The notes under the pieces were generated by a model, which was not told the DNA's origin, searched no databases, and was given only the letters and a program-made list of their open reading frames with translations. This document shows, in pieces, positions 25,492-36,555 of a DNA stretch of 64,000 nt. The stretch is taken from positions 62,001-126,000 of the forward strand of contig NW_025765402.1 of NCBI RefSeq assembly GCF_003918875.1, read 5' to 3'. The translations under genes and the position numbers were made by a program. This DNA is from Haliotis rubra. Taxonomy: Eukaryota. Numbering within the stretch: the first letter of the stretch is position 1; the number at the start of each line of letters is the position of its first letter.

Positions 25492-28400
25492 ATGGTCACG
25501 GTATTGCTTGGAACATTGCTCCTACTAGCACCAGCAGTGTCAGGTAACACAAAAGTCTGTTAATCGCCAAGGAAAGAGCAATCCTGCATCCTTCTCTAAA
25601 CATTTTACCTTTTTTTCCACTCCGGCAAACATCCTTGATGCAAAGCCATTAGTATTTTACTACAATGAGTTTAAATCATTTCCTAATATTGATGCATAGG
25701 TGACCATCCTTAACATAAGTGAATATCCGATTCTNNNNNNNNNNNNNNNNNNNNNNNNNNNNNNNNNNNNNNNNNNNNNNNNNNNNNNNNNNNNNNNNNN
25801 NNNNNNNNNNNNNNNNNNNNNNNNNNNNNNNNNNNNNNNNNNNNNNNNNNNNNNNNNNNNNNNNNNNNNNNNNNNNNNNNNNNNNNNNNNNNNNNNNNNN
25901 NNNNNNNNNNNNNNNNNNNNNNNNNNNNNNNNNNNNNNNNNNCCCTAGTATGGTGATCTACCTTCAGTTGTTGGCGATTACTGGCCCATTTTTACATTGT
26001 ATTGTCAAAAAATAATGTTCTACTTTTAAAGATATATGCTAGCTAGTTTTAACTCATTTTGTGATAATCTAGTGGTTTTACTGTCCTTCGTTGACAGGGT
26101 TTTACATATTATCTGTATGTATTATATATTTAGAACTAGTTTTAGTCACGATTTTGCTGAAATATTGCCGATGTGACTTTAAATTTTAACTCACTCACTC
26201 ACTCACTGCATACATGCATACATACAGTCGACATTAAAACTATTTATCTTGCATACAAAAAAATATGTCATGTGTTAAGCAACATTTAAAAATGATAATT
26301 ATTGTCACTAACATTGCAAATTGTCCTCCGTGTATATGCCAGTCATTACCATGTTGTCTGATTGATTGATTCATCCATTCATTGATCCATTGAATGTTTG
26401 ACTGATAGATCCTTCGATTGATTGATCGTACCGTTGCAGGTGCTGGTTGTCCCAATGGCTATACCCAGTTTGAGGAATCCTGCTACTTTCACCACCATCA
26501 GAAGATGACCTTCATTAAAGCATCGGCAAGTTCCCCATTGCTTCACGTCACGTTACCATTCCATTGTTATTATGTGTGGCAAATAGTTCCATCACTACAT
26601 TCCTTCATCTTGATTTAATTGAAGGCAACTATTGGGAAATATTTAGAACTGTAATTTCCCCATTCGATATTGCACTACCCACTGACTCGAAGTAAAAAAT
26701 AAAACAAAACAATATTAATGCGGATACTTACACCATCATGTATGATTATCCCTAAGGGGCCTTAATCCACCCTGTTCTATCTAAACTGACTCAGAAACAG
26801 TTCATAACGCATGGATGAGGTTGCAATGAGTAACGGAAGTTCAGATGTATTTTAGAACGATCATATGATAAGGTGACAGATTTAAGTTACGAGGCAGCTT
26901 CTTAATATGTTCGGATTACTGTCAAAGCAAATGCTTTAAATTATAATTCTCCTGTGGGCTAATGGGTTATAACCATATGCATGCTTGTCGTAAGAGGCGA
27001 CTAACGCGATCGGTTGGATAGGCTCTCTGACTTGGTTGACACATGTCATCGTATCCCAGTTGCGAAGATCGATCTCATGCTGTTGATCACTGGATTGTCT
27101 GGTCCAGACTCGATATTTTACAGACCGCAGCTATACAGCTGGAATATTGCTGAGTGCAGCGTAAAACGAAACTCACTCACTCGCTCATAGTAGTCTTAAT
27201 TTCTAGGTATATTGCCGACAGCACCAAGGACATTTGACCGAGATTGAAACAGCAGAGGAAGGTGTATTTGTGAAGGCATTCCTGAAGGAAAAGATTAGTA
27301 AGAGAAATTTACCACCTGTAAATAAAGTTAAAACCTGTGACCCTGTGAGGGGTCCGTGTTAAAACGTGTATCCTAACAACCAAAACTTTCATAAAGAATC
27401 GGGTGGTCAGGGTTGATGGTTTGATGACTGCTTGTGTAGTGGATCTGTGGTCACAATATCAATCACTGGTTTGTCTCAAACATTTATTCACAGGTCATCG
27501 TTTCACACCTAGGATATTTCTGCCAACAAGCAATTGTTCGCGAAAGCAAACGCCGGATTTTGACTTTCCACCTTGGTAGAATGTGAAATGTATTTGTTAA
27601 ATATAAAAGAAATCCCATTATTTCACCCTGGCCTGAATGGCTGATAAACATTCTTTGAAAAAAGGTTCTATTCTGCAAGGCGACACGCATGTCGTACTTA
27701 TAATTTATTGTTTCCATAGACTAAAGGTTGGAAGATTTTCTGATCCTAATAGTCATGAGATCAAATAACGTCATTCCATTAATGTTGCTGATGCCACGTT
27801 TGAGTGACAGATAAAGTAAGAGGTATATTTGAAACTACTGATTACTAACTGCATTTAGAATGTGAATAAATATTCCTAAATGTTTATCGAATACAAAGTC
27901 GCACATGTCATAGAAATCACACACTTGTTTTTAACTTTGAAATTATTTGCTGATTCACAACGTCTGTTTCAGTTAGCAATGGTGTCTGGTTAGGAGCTAA
28001 CGACATTCGGTTTGAAGGCTACTATGTGTGGGACAAGTCGGAGAACCCACTGAACTACACGGATTGGTACCCTGGAGAGCCAAACCAGAAGACTGACGAG
28101 CAGGACTGCATGAGTAGCTGGAAATCGGAGGGGTATCAGTGGGCAGATCACTACTGTAACCACCCTGACCTCGAGCCATTGTGTGAGACAGAGTAAGTTG
28201 TTGGGGATTTAGATATGAAGACTGAATCGGTAGCTGGAAATCAAACGGGTAACAGTAGGCAGATGACTACTGTAACATCCCGAAACTGGAGCCTTGGTGT
28301 GAGATAAGGTAAGTTGTTGGGAATTTAGGTAGTACGACTTCATAAATAACTGAATTCAGAGGGGTGTCAGAGGGGAGATCACTGCTGTAACAGCCCCGAC

Positions 28401-29671
28401 CTCGAGCCATTGTGTGAGAAAGTGTACGTTTTTTGAAATTCGGGTTGTATGACAAAGTGAGTAGCTGGAAATTAGAGGGGTATGAGTGAGCCGATCACTA
28501 CTTTGAGAGTCCTTAACCCCGAGCCATTTTCTGAAAAGGAATAAACTGGCTGCGAATTCGGATAATAATGCAGGTGAAAAATGGGAAATGACATTGGGTT
28601 CATGCATATACAGTAAAAACAGTACACAGAGACTCAAGTCATCATAGCTATATGAAGACAATTGGGTTTCACTCCTTCGATCATACCAAAAGTCGAAGAT
28701 TTGATCTACAACGGTAGCAGAGGTAGACAAATGGTTTAACCAAGACACGTCATTCATAACCAGCTGTAGACAAAAGAAACGTAGACACGTCAGGCATAGC
28801 GAGAACGAGTCGGAGGTGTTTACCTAGAAATGTCACAACACAAGAAGAAAAAGACTCCACTTGGAACAATGACCTTACTGGGAACTGAGTGAGTGAGGGA
28901 GGGAGTGAGTTAAGATTTATAGTCACATCGGCAATATTTCAGCCATATCGTGACTACCGGGAACTGCATCAATAGATCCAACGATGTACACATAGTACTC
29001 TCTAGACAAGTCATCCATTGCCCGAAGTAAAGGTATTGTTGTGCGCGGACACGGCGCGATGTTCAAATAGGACGGGGTCATGTTCTGGGAATATGTGTTG
29101 GTGATTCAGACATTTCCAGAGTCAAAAAAGGATTAGCATTTAAGTCAGATTCAATGAAGGAAAGGGCAGATATCCATAGCCTGCAATGGGCGGACGGGGT
29201 TTATAAGACACACCATCCATAGCCAGCAGTAGTCATGTCGTCCATAGCTGGCGGTAGACAAATGGGTTTGAATAGACATGTCATCCACTGCCAGAGATGG
29301 ACCTATTGGTTACCGTGGAAAGCACAAAGAGGTCCTACACTTAGCTATGGGCATATGATAACGCGTGGATGTATGTGCCAAGCAAATACGTGTATGCATG
29401 TGATCTGGTTATCCTTTATACTTTGAAACTATAAAACGATTGAGTGAGTTTTGGTTTTACGCCGCTTTTAGCAATATTTAAGCAATATCAAAGCATCACA
29501 CATTGTACCCATATGGGGAATGAAACCCGAGTCTTCGGAGTGATGAGCGAACGCTTTAACCACTCATACCGTCCCATTTATACAGAATGTAATGATTAAT
29601 ATTACGTTAAAATAGAAAACATTTAAGCTTGTCTTTTCACTTTATGTTTCAGGGTAACAAAATGTAGCTGA
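25492..29671 (+). CDS. Perlucin-like single-CRD C-type lectin 2 (EPN/WAD motifs)
   Basis: Exons 25492-25543 (MVTVLLGTLLLLAPAVS), 26440-26525 (GCPNGYTQFEESCYF...; GC donor), 27207-27297 (VYCRQHQGHLTEIET...), 27973-28192 (WLGAND...EGYYVW...EPN...QDC...WADHYC...LCE) and 29653-29671 (VTKCS*). AATAAA near 29705. Confidence 0.9.
25735..25942. other. Assembly gap (N run)
   Basis: Run of N. Confidence 1.
25943..26206 (+). mobile_element. Retroposon family C
   Basis: Close match to 1878-2141, with an (ACTC)n tail. Confidence 0.8.
26975..27185 (+). mobile_element. Non-autonomous retroposon, family B
   Basis: TGCTTGTCGTAAGAGGCGACTAA...GCTGGAATATTGCTGAGTGC...(ACTC)n; ends about 20 bp before the lectin 2 exon 3 acceptor. 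Confidence 0.85.
28230..28540 (+). pseudogene. Three tandem degenerate copies of the 3' part of the lectin 2 CRD exon
   Basis: The copies translate in register as SWKSNG*Q*ADDYCNIPKLEPWCEI, SEGCQRGDHCCNSPDLEPLCEK and SSWKLEGYE*ADHYFESP*PEPFSEK. The functional segment is SSWKSEGYQWADHYCNHPDLEPLCET. Confidence 0.85.
29442..29575 (-). mobile_element. tRNA-derived SINE, family A (internally deleted)
   Basis: Family A tail and head present. Confidence 0.7.
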
Positions 29672-30769
29672 GTAAAACAAAATGGATGATTGTCTTACTG
29701 CTGGAATAAAGGTCGCGATTTACAAACATGCGTTTTGGTCATAATGTATTATTCACGACTCTTGTAATTTAATACAACTGCACCAGAATTCATTGGTTTG
29801 GTTCTCAGCGCATCATGTCTACTTTTAAGGCTCCGTTGCATAAAGCCATTTGTTGCTAAGTAATGCCGCAAGTATGGCGTAACGTTGCGATAAATCAGTT
29901 GCGATGCCATGCAAGTTGGCATAGAGCATATTGCTTAAGTTTGAAGTATGTCGGAAATAGATCGCAAATTCTGTCTTAACATTGCGATCAATTGCAAAAA
30001 AGCTGAAAGTTGCAACGTTTACATTTTTCATTTTGTTTAGAACTCATCTGCTATAGGCACTCGCTGCAATGCAAATTATAGTTACATTACATTTAGTTGT
30101 GTATTTATTTATGTATGTCTTCTGAACATCTTTAATAAAATAACGACAGAAATCTGGCATATTTCTGATGATATGACTTTGTAAATATCTTGCAATTTAA
30201 AGACAAAACACATCAAGGTCAACGCATGTGTAGCCTAGTGTTTCGGGCTAAAAATGAAGGTTGTGACTAAGATTCCATTGCAATCACAAGTTTGAGTGTA
30301 CATTAGTTTGCGCATTCCCTTACGTTAACACTTTAAGATTTGTTGTGTAGATTATGTTCAATAGCAATATACTTCTCTAAACTGGTATTGCTAGATTGTG
30401 TCGATTTCTCTCTCACAGGGGATCTTTATTATCATTCCACTAGTCTAATGGATCTTTTTAGTAATGTCAACGCTCATTTTATTCTTGGCTTCTTAAGAGA
30501 AATTGAACTGATAGATAAATTTTGAAATCGACATGTGTTTTAAGTTGGATTAATATTATGATCAACTGAGAAAATAGATGGTGGTGACACTAGGAGGGTT
30601 AAAGTAATGTAAAAATATTGGTGAAATATAAGTCCATTGTTGATCAAAGTGCATAATATTGTCTCGTGTTTTAGGATTTTGATTGGCTTGAGTATTTTAA
30701 ATATTAGCTAGCATAAAACTACAGCCACTGATAACCAAAGGGATGGCATAAATCTTGCTGGGAAATCAT

Positions 30770-31062
30770 GTAGGAAGCGAAAGCACTGTAAGTCCCCTTG
30801 ATCCCCAGTAAGGTGGTCAGCCTGATTACCGGTATATATGTTGGTGGTTTATAGCCTAGTTTTAATTGGTACGATTGCATCTATTGGATCTACTCTCTTC
30901 TTATTTTAATTATGGTCAGGTTGGTTTTATTTTCAAAACTGTGATATATACACCTATTTTACTGTCCTTTGTCGACAGACATCTTTAAATGATTACTTTG
31001 TTTTCATCGCTATATGGCTGTAATATTGCCGACGCGATGTAAAATTTTAACTCACTCACTCT
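30770..31062 (+). mobile_element. Retroposon family C (diverged)
   Basis: AAAGCACTGTAAGTCCCC...ACTGTCCTTTGTCGACAG...ATATGGCTGTAATATTGCCGACGCGATGTAAA..(ACTC)n. Confidence 0.7.
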
Positions 31063-31463
31063 CTAAACTGTGACAGAACTAAAAGTCAAAATCACTTTGG
31101 GAAGATATTCTACCGGTGACACACTGCACAATTTCTCTGCAGTCCCTGTTAAGAGGATATTCTAAGAACACAATGCCCCGCGAATGCAAAACGATGACTC
31201 ATGAGGATATTTATATATTATGTTTCTTTATTATCTGTTGGTATCTTCTTGTAACACCGTTTCCCGTAGGATGTAGGATCTCACACACACACACACATAT
31301 AAAAGGGCGTTGTTGAACATAAGACATATGGTCAGACGTTGATCTTATTATTTGTTGATCATGATCAAATATCTCCTTTCTGGAGGCTTGGCTGTCTGGT
31401 AAACATGTCCTTACCATCCCAGCTGTCGATAAAACGGAAGAACAGTAAACATACTGTTCCATC

Positions 31464-31626
31464 TATACTGAGGGCAACATGTAAGGGATCACATGAAAGC
31501 ACAAGTGTTCCTTTATTTTGTTCCAGATTTCTTCACACGTTGTGCGATACAAAGCTTGTGAAGAAACATGGGAAAAATAGAGGAACACTTGTGCTTTCAT
31601 GTCATCCCTTTGTTTTCCTCAGTATA
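31464..31626. mobile_element. Palindromic MITE (Tc1/mariner-like TA flanks)
   Basis: TATACTGAGG...AGGGATCACATGAAAGCACAAGTGTTCCT..TTTCTTCACA is mirrored by TGTGAAGAAA..AGGAACACTTGTGCTTTCATGTCATCCCT...CCTCAGTATA. Confidence 0.75.
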
Positions 31627-32130
31627 TCATTATGGGTATGATCTAAACACTTGATCATCCAGATCGCGAAAACCATTCACATAATTATGATAAATAAATG
31701 CAGAATCTGTTACTTTATTATCAGTTAATATGCGTAATGTAACCTGGCTCAAAGGTATACGTTTTTATGTTGCCATTCTCCATTGTTACAATATCAAAAT
31801 GTGAGGTTGCTTTTGCATGTCAAAATGCTGAACATCTAAACGCCACACTGACATTAAATTTGTCTGTCCTTTTAATGAGTCAGTAATAATGTGTGAAAAA
31901 GACCCCACAAAGCATGTGAATCCAGGAGAAGAAAATACTGAACGACATAAAAGTTGTATCACGTATGATGCATAGAGACTCAGGCTCTGCAAACTAGTTT
32001 ATTCGGATAAAGCGTTATAGATAGATAGACAGCTGGAACCAAACCTGAATTTGAAGTTATGAAAACTGCATAATAGTATACATGTAGTGGCATACTAACA
32101 ATCACATATGTGTATGTACAACTGATATCC

Positions 32131-32325
32131 TTGAAGAATCGTGTTAGAATTGGTCTTCAGCAACCAATGCTTGTCGCATGAGTCGACTAACGGGATCGGG
32201 AGGTCAGGCTCTATGACTTGGTTTGACACATGTCATCGTATCAAAGTTACGTAGATCGATGCTCATGCTGTTGATCACTCGGTTTTCTGACCCAGTGAGT
32301 GTGGAGGTAAACAATAAACCAATCA
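32131..32325 (+). mobile_element. Non-autonomous retroposon, family B (degenerate)
   Basis: GTTAGAATTGGTCTTCAG...CGACTAACGGGATCGGG...GATCGATGCTCATGCTGTTGATCACT. Confidence 0.75.
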
Positions 32326-33479
32326 AATGTAAGCTATTGCAATGATGACATTATGTCAAGGATAATCAGACATGGGACTATATGCCTCTTACAGATAGTC
32401 GTACGTATGTAATTCAACATGGACTTACACCTTATCGCAAAACATCACAGTCGCATACTGAGATGTGGTTTGTAAAACACACCTCAAGACAGCCTCTAGA
32501 GTCAAGGTTGACTCTATAGTGAAGATTCCTGCAACGCTGTCGGTATGTTGAGTTTCTCTTTGAATTGTGTCCGTTAAAATCCTGGTCAAGTGTTCTGAGG
32601 CGCAGGAGTTACGTGACTTATTCATGCCAGGATCTAATAGTCAGTGGGGATGATATTGCAGATTTTCCCCTGTTTTGATGCTGTGTAACCCGATCTCCAT
32701 GCTTGTAAGGGTATGTTTAACAAAGGAGTTCAACATCCTCACCATTTTTCTAAATTTCCTTCCACATCTAGCTGGTGGATAGCTACATATATATAGTCCG
32801 TCCGGACAAGTAATTGCCGATGTTCGATTGCTCAAAGCAGGCATAACACAATATGAGTTAAATAATCTTGAATGTCAAACTTTTTGTCGTCATACTACAT
32901 TTATTTTTAGAGAACTAACTGATTTCTGGTATTGCAGTTATAAAGCATCTACACACTTAAACACGAACACACTCACTAGCACACACTCACACTCATGCTA
33001 ACACACACTGATATACTCAATCAGACACTCACTCACACACATATATATTCACACTTCACGAACACACGCCTTCATAAGCATGCACCACAACACACTCACA
33101 AACTCACACAGGCTCACACACATCCACACATTTATATGCATGTCGCTATAAGCTTATTAATCACCAACTTGCCGTTAATCCAAACAGCTTGTTGACTTCC
33201 ACTTTAAAGGGTATTTGAATTACAGTTCAAATTTGACTATAACGCGTATATATTAATATATTAAGAAACGACATTCTTTTGTCAATGTATTTCCCAAGAG
33301 GGTGACATACGGCTGTGACGCACGACAACGTTCGCAGTGATTCACCAGTTGATATAGAGGAACTGAGATGTACACAAGATGTTAAACACCGTACATCGGT
33401 CGTACATCGGTGATACTGTAGTGTATATCTAGTGTTTAATATACCCCATCTGATACAGACTGATTGATATCAGGGAGAT

Positions 33480-33655
33480 TGAGAGAGAGTGTGGGAGAGA
33501 GAGAGACAGAGAGTGAGAGAGCGAGGCAGCGAGCGAGAGAGAGATAGAGAGTGAGAGAGAGAAATTGGAGGAGTGAGGGAGAGACTGTGTGTGAGAGGAG
33601 AGAGTGTGAGAGAGAGAGAGCGAGAGAGAGAGCGAGAGAGAGCGAGAGAGAGAGG
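33480..33655. repeat. (GA)n-rich microsatellite next to the N gap at 33708-33852
   Basis: Read directly. Other simple repeats: (CA)n-rich 21360-21600 and 32950-33135, (CT)/(GT) 15615-15672, (ACT)n 48020-48090. Confidence 0.9.
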
Positions 33656-34474
33656 ATGTGATACACGAGCAACTCAGGCTTACTCAGCCACGGGAATATC
33701 GGAGCGANNNNNNNNNNNNNNNNNNNNNNNNNNNNNNNNNNNNNNNNNNNNNNNNNNNNNNNNNNNNNNNNNNNNNNNNNNNNNNNNNNNNNNNNNNNNN
33801 NNNNNNNNNNNNNNNNNNNNNNNNNNNNNNNNNNNNNNNNNNNNNNNNNNNNACACTGCAACTCAGTGCTTACTCAGACACGGAACTGAATATCGACTGA
33901 CTGCAAGACCTGCATGTAGCTATTGTAGCAACACGCTTGTCATCTTGTCATCATGTGAATCATACATGATGTGTATGATAATAGAACAATGAACCCGGGA
34001 AGGACGAACCGTCTATTGTGTGTGTTGGTGTTATATAATGGGGGCGTGAGTTGTGCCTCACGTCTCATAACATTCTCTAGATTGAATACACGTTACTATG
34101 GACAGACAAGGACTTCTTACCTGTATCATCCACATCATATTGGTTGTCATGGTTCCCATAAAAGGTACGTTGAATTCGCACTCACTCTTAAAAGTATTGT
34201 CTTGCATGTTATGACGAATGGAGCATTTTTACTGTAATAACTGTTAAGATACCGAGATACCAATAGTGCACATGTGGTTGTCGGACTGCGGGACAGCCTG
34301 CAGTTGTGTTTAGGGCAAAATGTGGGATTGCTTTTTGTTGTGTGTGGGGTGGACGGGGAAGTCTTTGGTAGTGTAATGAACGGGTGGGGTAGCTTTTGGT
34401 GGTGTACAGGTTAGGGAGAAGTGCCGATGGTGGTTTACAGAGCGTGTGGGTAAGAAGAAGAAGAAGAAGAAGAA

Positions 34475-35150
34475 AACTGATTTATTTAAGTGTCAAGCGA
34501 TACAAGCATTAGACACAATATAAAATACCATGTAAAATATCGCCCGGCCAACTTGGGCCTATTTGACACTAATTGTCTTAAAATGTACACATAAAAGCAC
34601 CATATGGTGGTAAAAGGTAATAATAAAAGTAAGCGGTTGTGCTTGCATTAAAATACAAACAGTATTAAAAAAAAAAATTAAAAAAAGAAAAATTACAGGA
34701 ACATGTTTTAGGACACATTTTGAGTGAGTCTAAATCTAAACATATATTTAATTAAAGCGGCGACGGAGTGGTTAAGGTTTTGGTGTTCCATTAATAATAC
34801 GAGTTGATCCTTCGCAGACAAATGGGGGCTTCTTACGACGGAGTATAAACTGCATGTTGTCAGAAAATGAACCTTGTCTTCAATAACGTTAGAATTACAA
34901 AACTTGCGTAGACGATTAGGTTTTGTGAAACGACCAGTCTCGATTTCTAAGGGGAGTGTGCCACTTCTAAATTTTGCTAAATAACTACGGGCTACTCTGT
35001 CATTAAGTGATTTCTCATAGTCTGAAGTACAAAAAGCAGTTTTATAGAGAGTTTTTACGTCCTTAACTTATTCCCATTAACTTGCCCCCTGTCGTCCCAG
35101 AGTTTTAAAAGCCAATTATTTGTATCGATATCTATACGTTTATGTTTTAA
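34475..35150 (-). mobile_element. 3' fragment of an RTEX-like LINE
   Basis: The minus strand encodes RSYLAKFRSGTLPLEIETGRF...FCNSNVIEDKVHFLTTCSLY, the C-terminal zinc-finger region typical of RTEX ORF2, followed by a 3'UTR and an (AAG)n/T-rich end. Confidence 0.75.
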
Positions 35151-35229
35151 AAGCCAATGATAGTAATTAGAGCCCCTGATGTAACCAGGGTAGACGAGTT
35201 AAGTGGTGGTGAGTGGCGCAGGCAGGATG

Positions 35230-36440
35230 ACCTGTGGTGTGATAGGGTAAGCGGGTTAACCAGTATGGTGCCAGGGTATGCAGGGTAGGCTATAGTGGTG
35301 ACAGATTAAGTATGGTAACCTGTGATGATAGGATTGACAGGTAACCCAAAGTGGTGATAGGGTAAACAGTTTAACCTGTAATTGTCATGTGGTAAGCGGG
35401 GTATCGAGCAGTGGTAATAGGGTAAGTGGGGTAACCGATTGTGGTAGTAGGGTAAGTGGGGTCACCAGTTGTGGTAGTACGGTAATAATGTTTAGTAGTA
35501 GGGTTAGTGGGTTAAACAGTTGTAGTAGGGATAGTGGGGTAACCAGTTTTAACAATAGGGTAAGTGGGTTAACCAGTAGTGGTAATTGGGTAACCAGTTG
35601 TGGTAATAGGGTAAGTGTGGTAACCAATTGTGGTAGTAGGGTAAGCTTGATCACCAGTTGTGGTAGTAGGGTAACTATTTGTGGTAGTAGGGTAAGTGGG
35701 GTAGCCACTTGTGGTGTTAGGGTTAGTGGGGTAACCACTTGTGGTAGTAGGGTAGGTGGGGTAACCAGTACTGATATTAGGGTAAGTGGGGTCATCAGCA
35801 GTGATGATTGGGTAAGTGGGGTAACCAGCTGTGGTAGTAGAGTTTGGGGAGTAACCAGTACTGGTATTAGGGTAAGTGGGGTCATCAGCAGTGATAATAG
35901 GGTAGGTGGGGTAACCAGCTGTGGTAGTAGAGTAATTGGGGTAACAGGTACTGGTATTAGAGTAAGTGGGATTATCAGCTGTGATATGTAAGTAGGGTAA
36001 CCAGCTGTGGTAGTAGAGTAAGTGGGGTTATCAGCAGTGATAAAAAGGGTAAGTGGGGTAACCAGCTGTGGTAGTAGGGTAAGTGAGGTAACCTGCTGTG
36101 GTAGTAGAGTAAGTGGGGTTATCAGCTGTGGTAGTAGAGTAAGTGGGGTCATCAGCAGTGATAATAGGGTAAGTTGGGTAACCAGCTGTGATAGTAGGGT
36201 AAGTGGGGTTATCAGCAGTGGTAATAGGGTAAGTGGGGTAACCAGCTGTGGTAGCAGGGTAAATGGGGTTATCAGCAGTGATAATAGGTAACTGGGGTCA
36301 TCAGCAGTGATAATAGGGTAAGTGGGGTTATCAGCTGTGGTAGTAGGGTAAGAGATGTAACCAGTTGTTGTAGTTGGTAACCGGGGTAACCAGTTGTGGT
36401 AATATTGTAAGGCGGGGTATCCAGTAGTGTCGACAGGGCA
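35230..36440. repeat. 30-bp G-rich minisatellite, about 40 diverged copies
   Basis: Unit GTGGTAGTAGGGTAAGTGGGGTAACCAG(C/T)T. It explains the 10-aa-periodic ORFs on both strands. Confidence 0.93.
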
Positions 36441-36555
36441 GGTGGGTTGGCTTGGGTAAAGTCTATGTCTGGTGTCCAGTGCCATGACATTCTCTTGAAC
36501 ATTACCGATATCGACTTAAATCCAAACTCACCCACAACTCTATGTTATATTTCAG

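Noticed and set aside
32428-32850. Possible decayed minus-strand exon (ITCPDGLY..., ends at a GTAAGT donor)
   Set aside because: Requires several frameshifts and has no recognisable domain or partner exons.
19766-33992. ORFs containing runs of X
   Set aside because: Artefacts of translating the three N gaps.
35385-36485. Long ORFs (366 aa on -, 200 aa on +)
   Set aside because: Products of the 30-bp minisatellite, open on both strands with no domain content.
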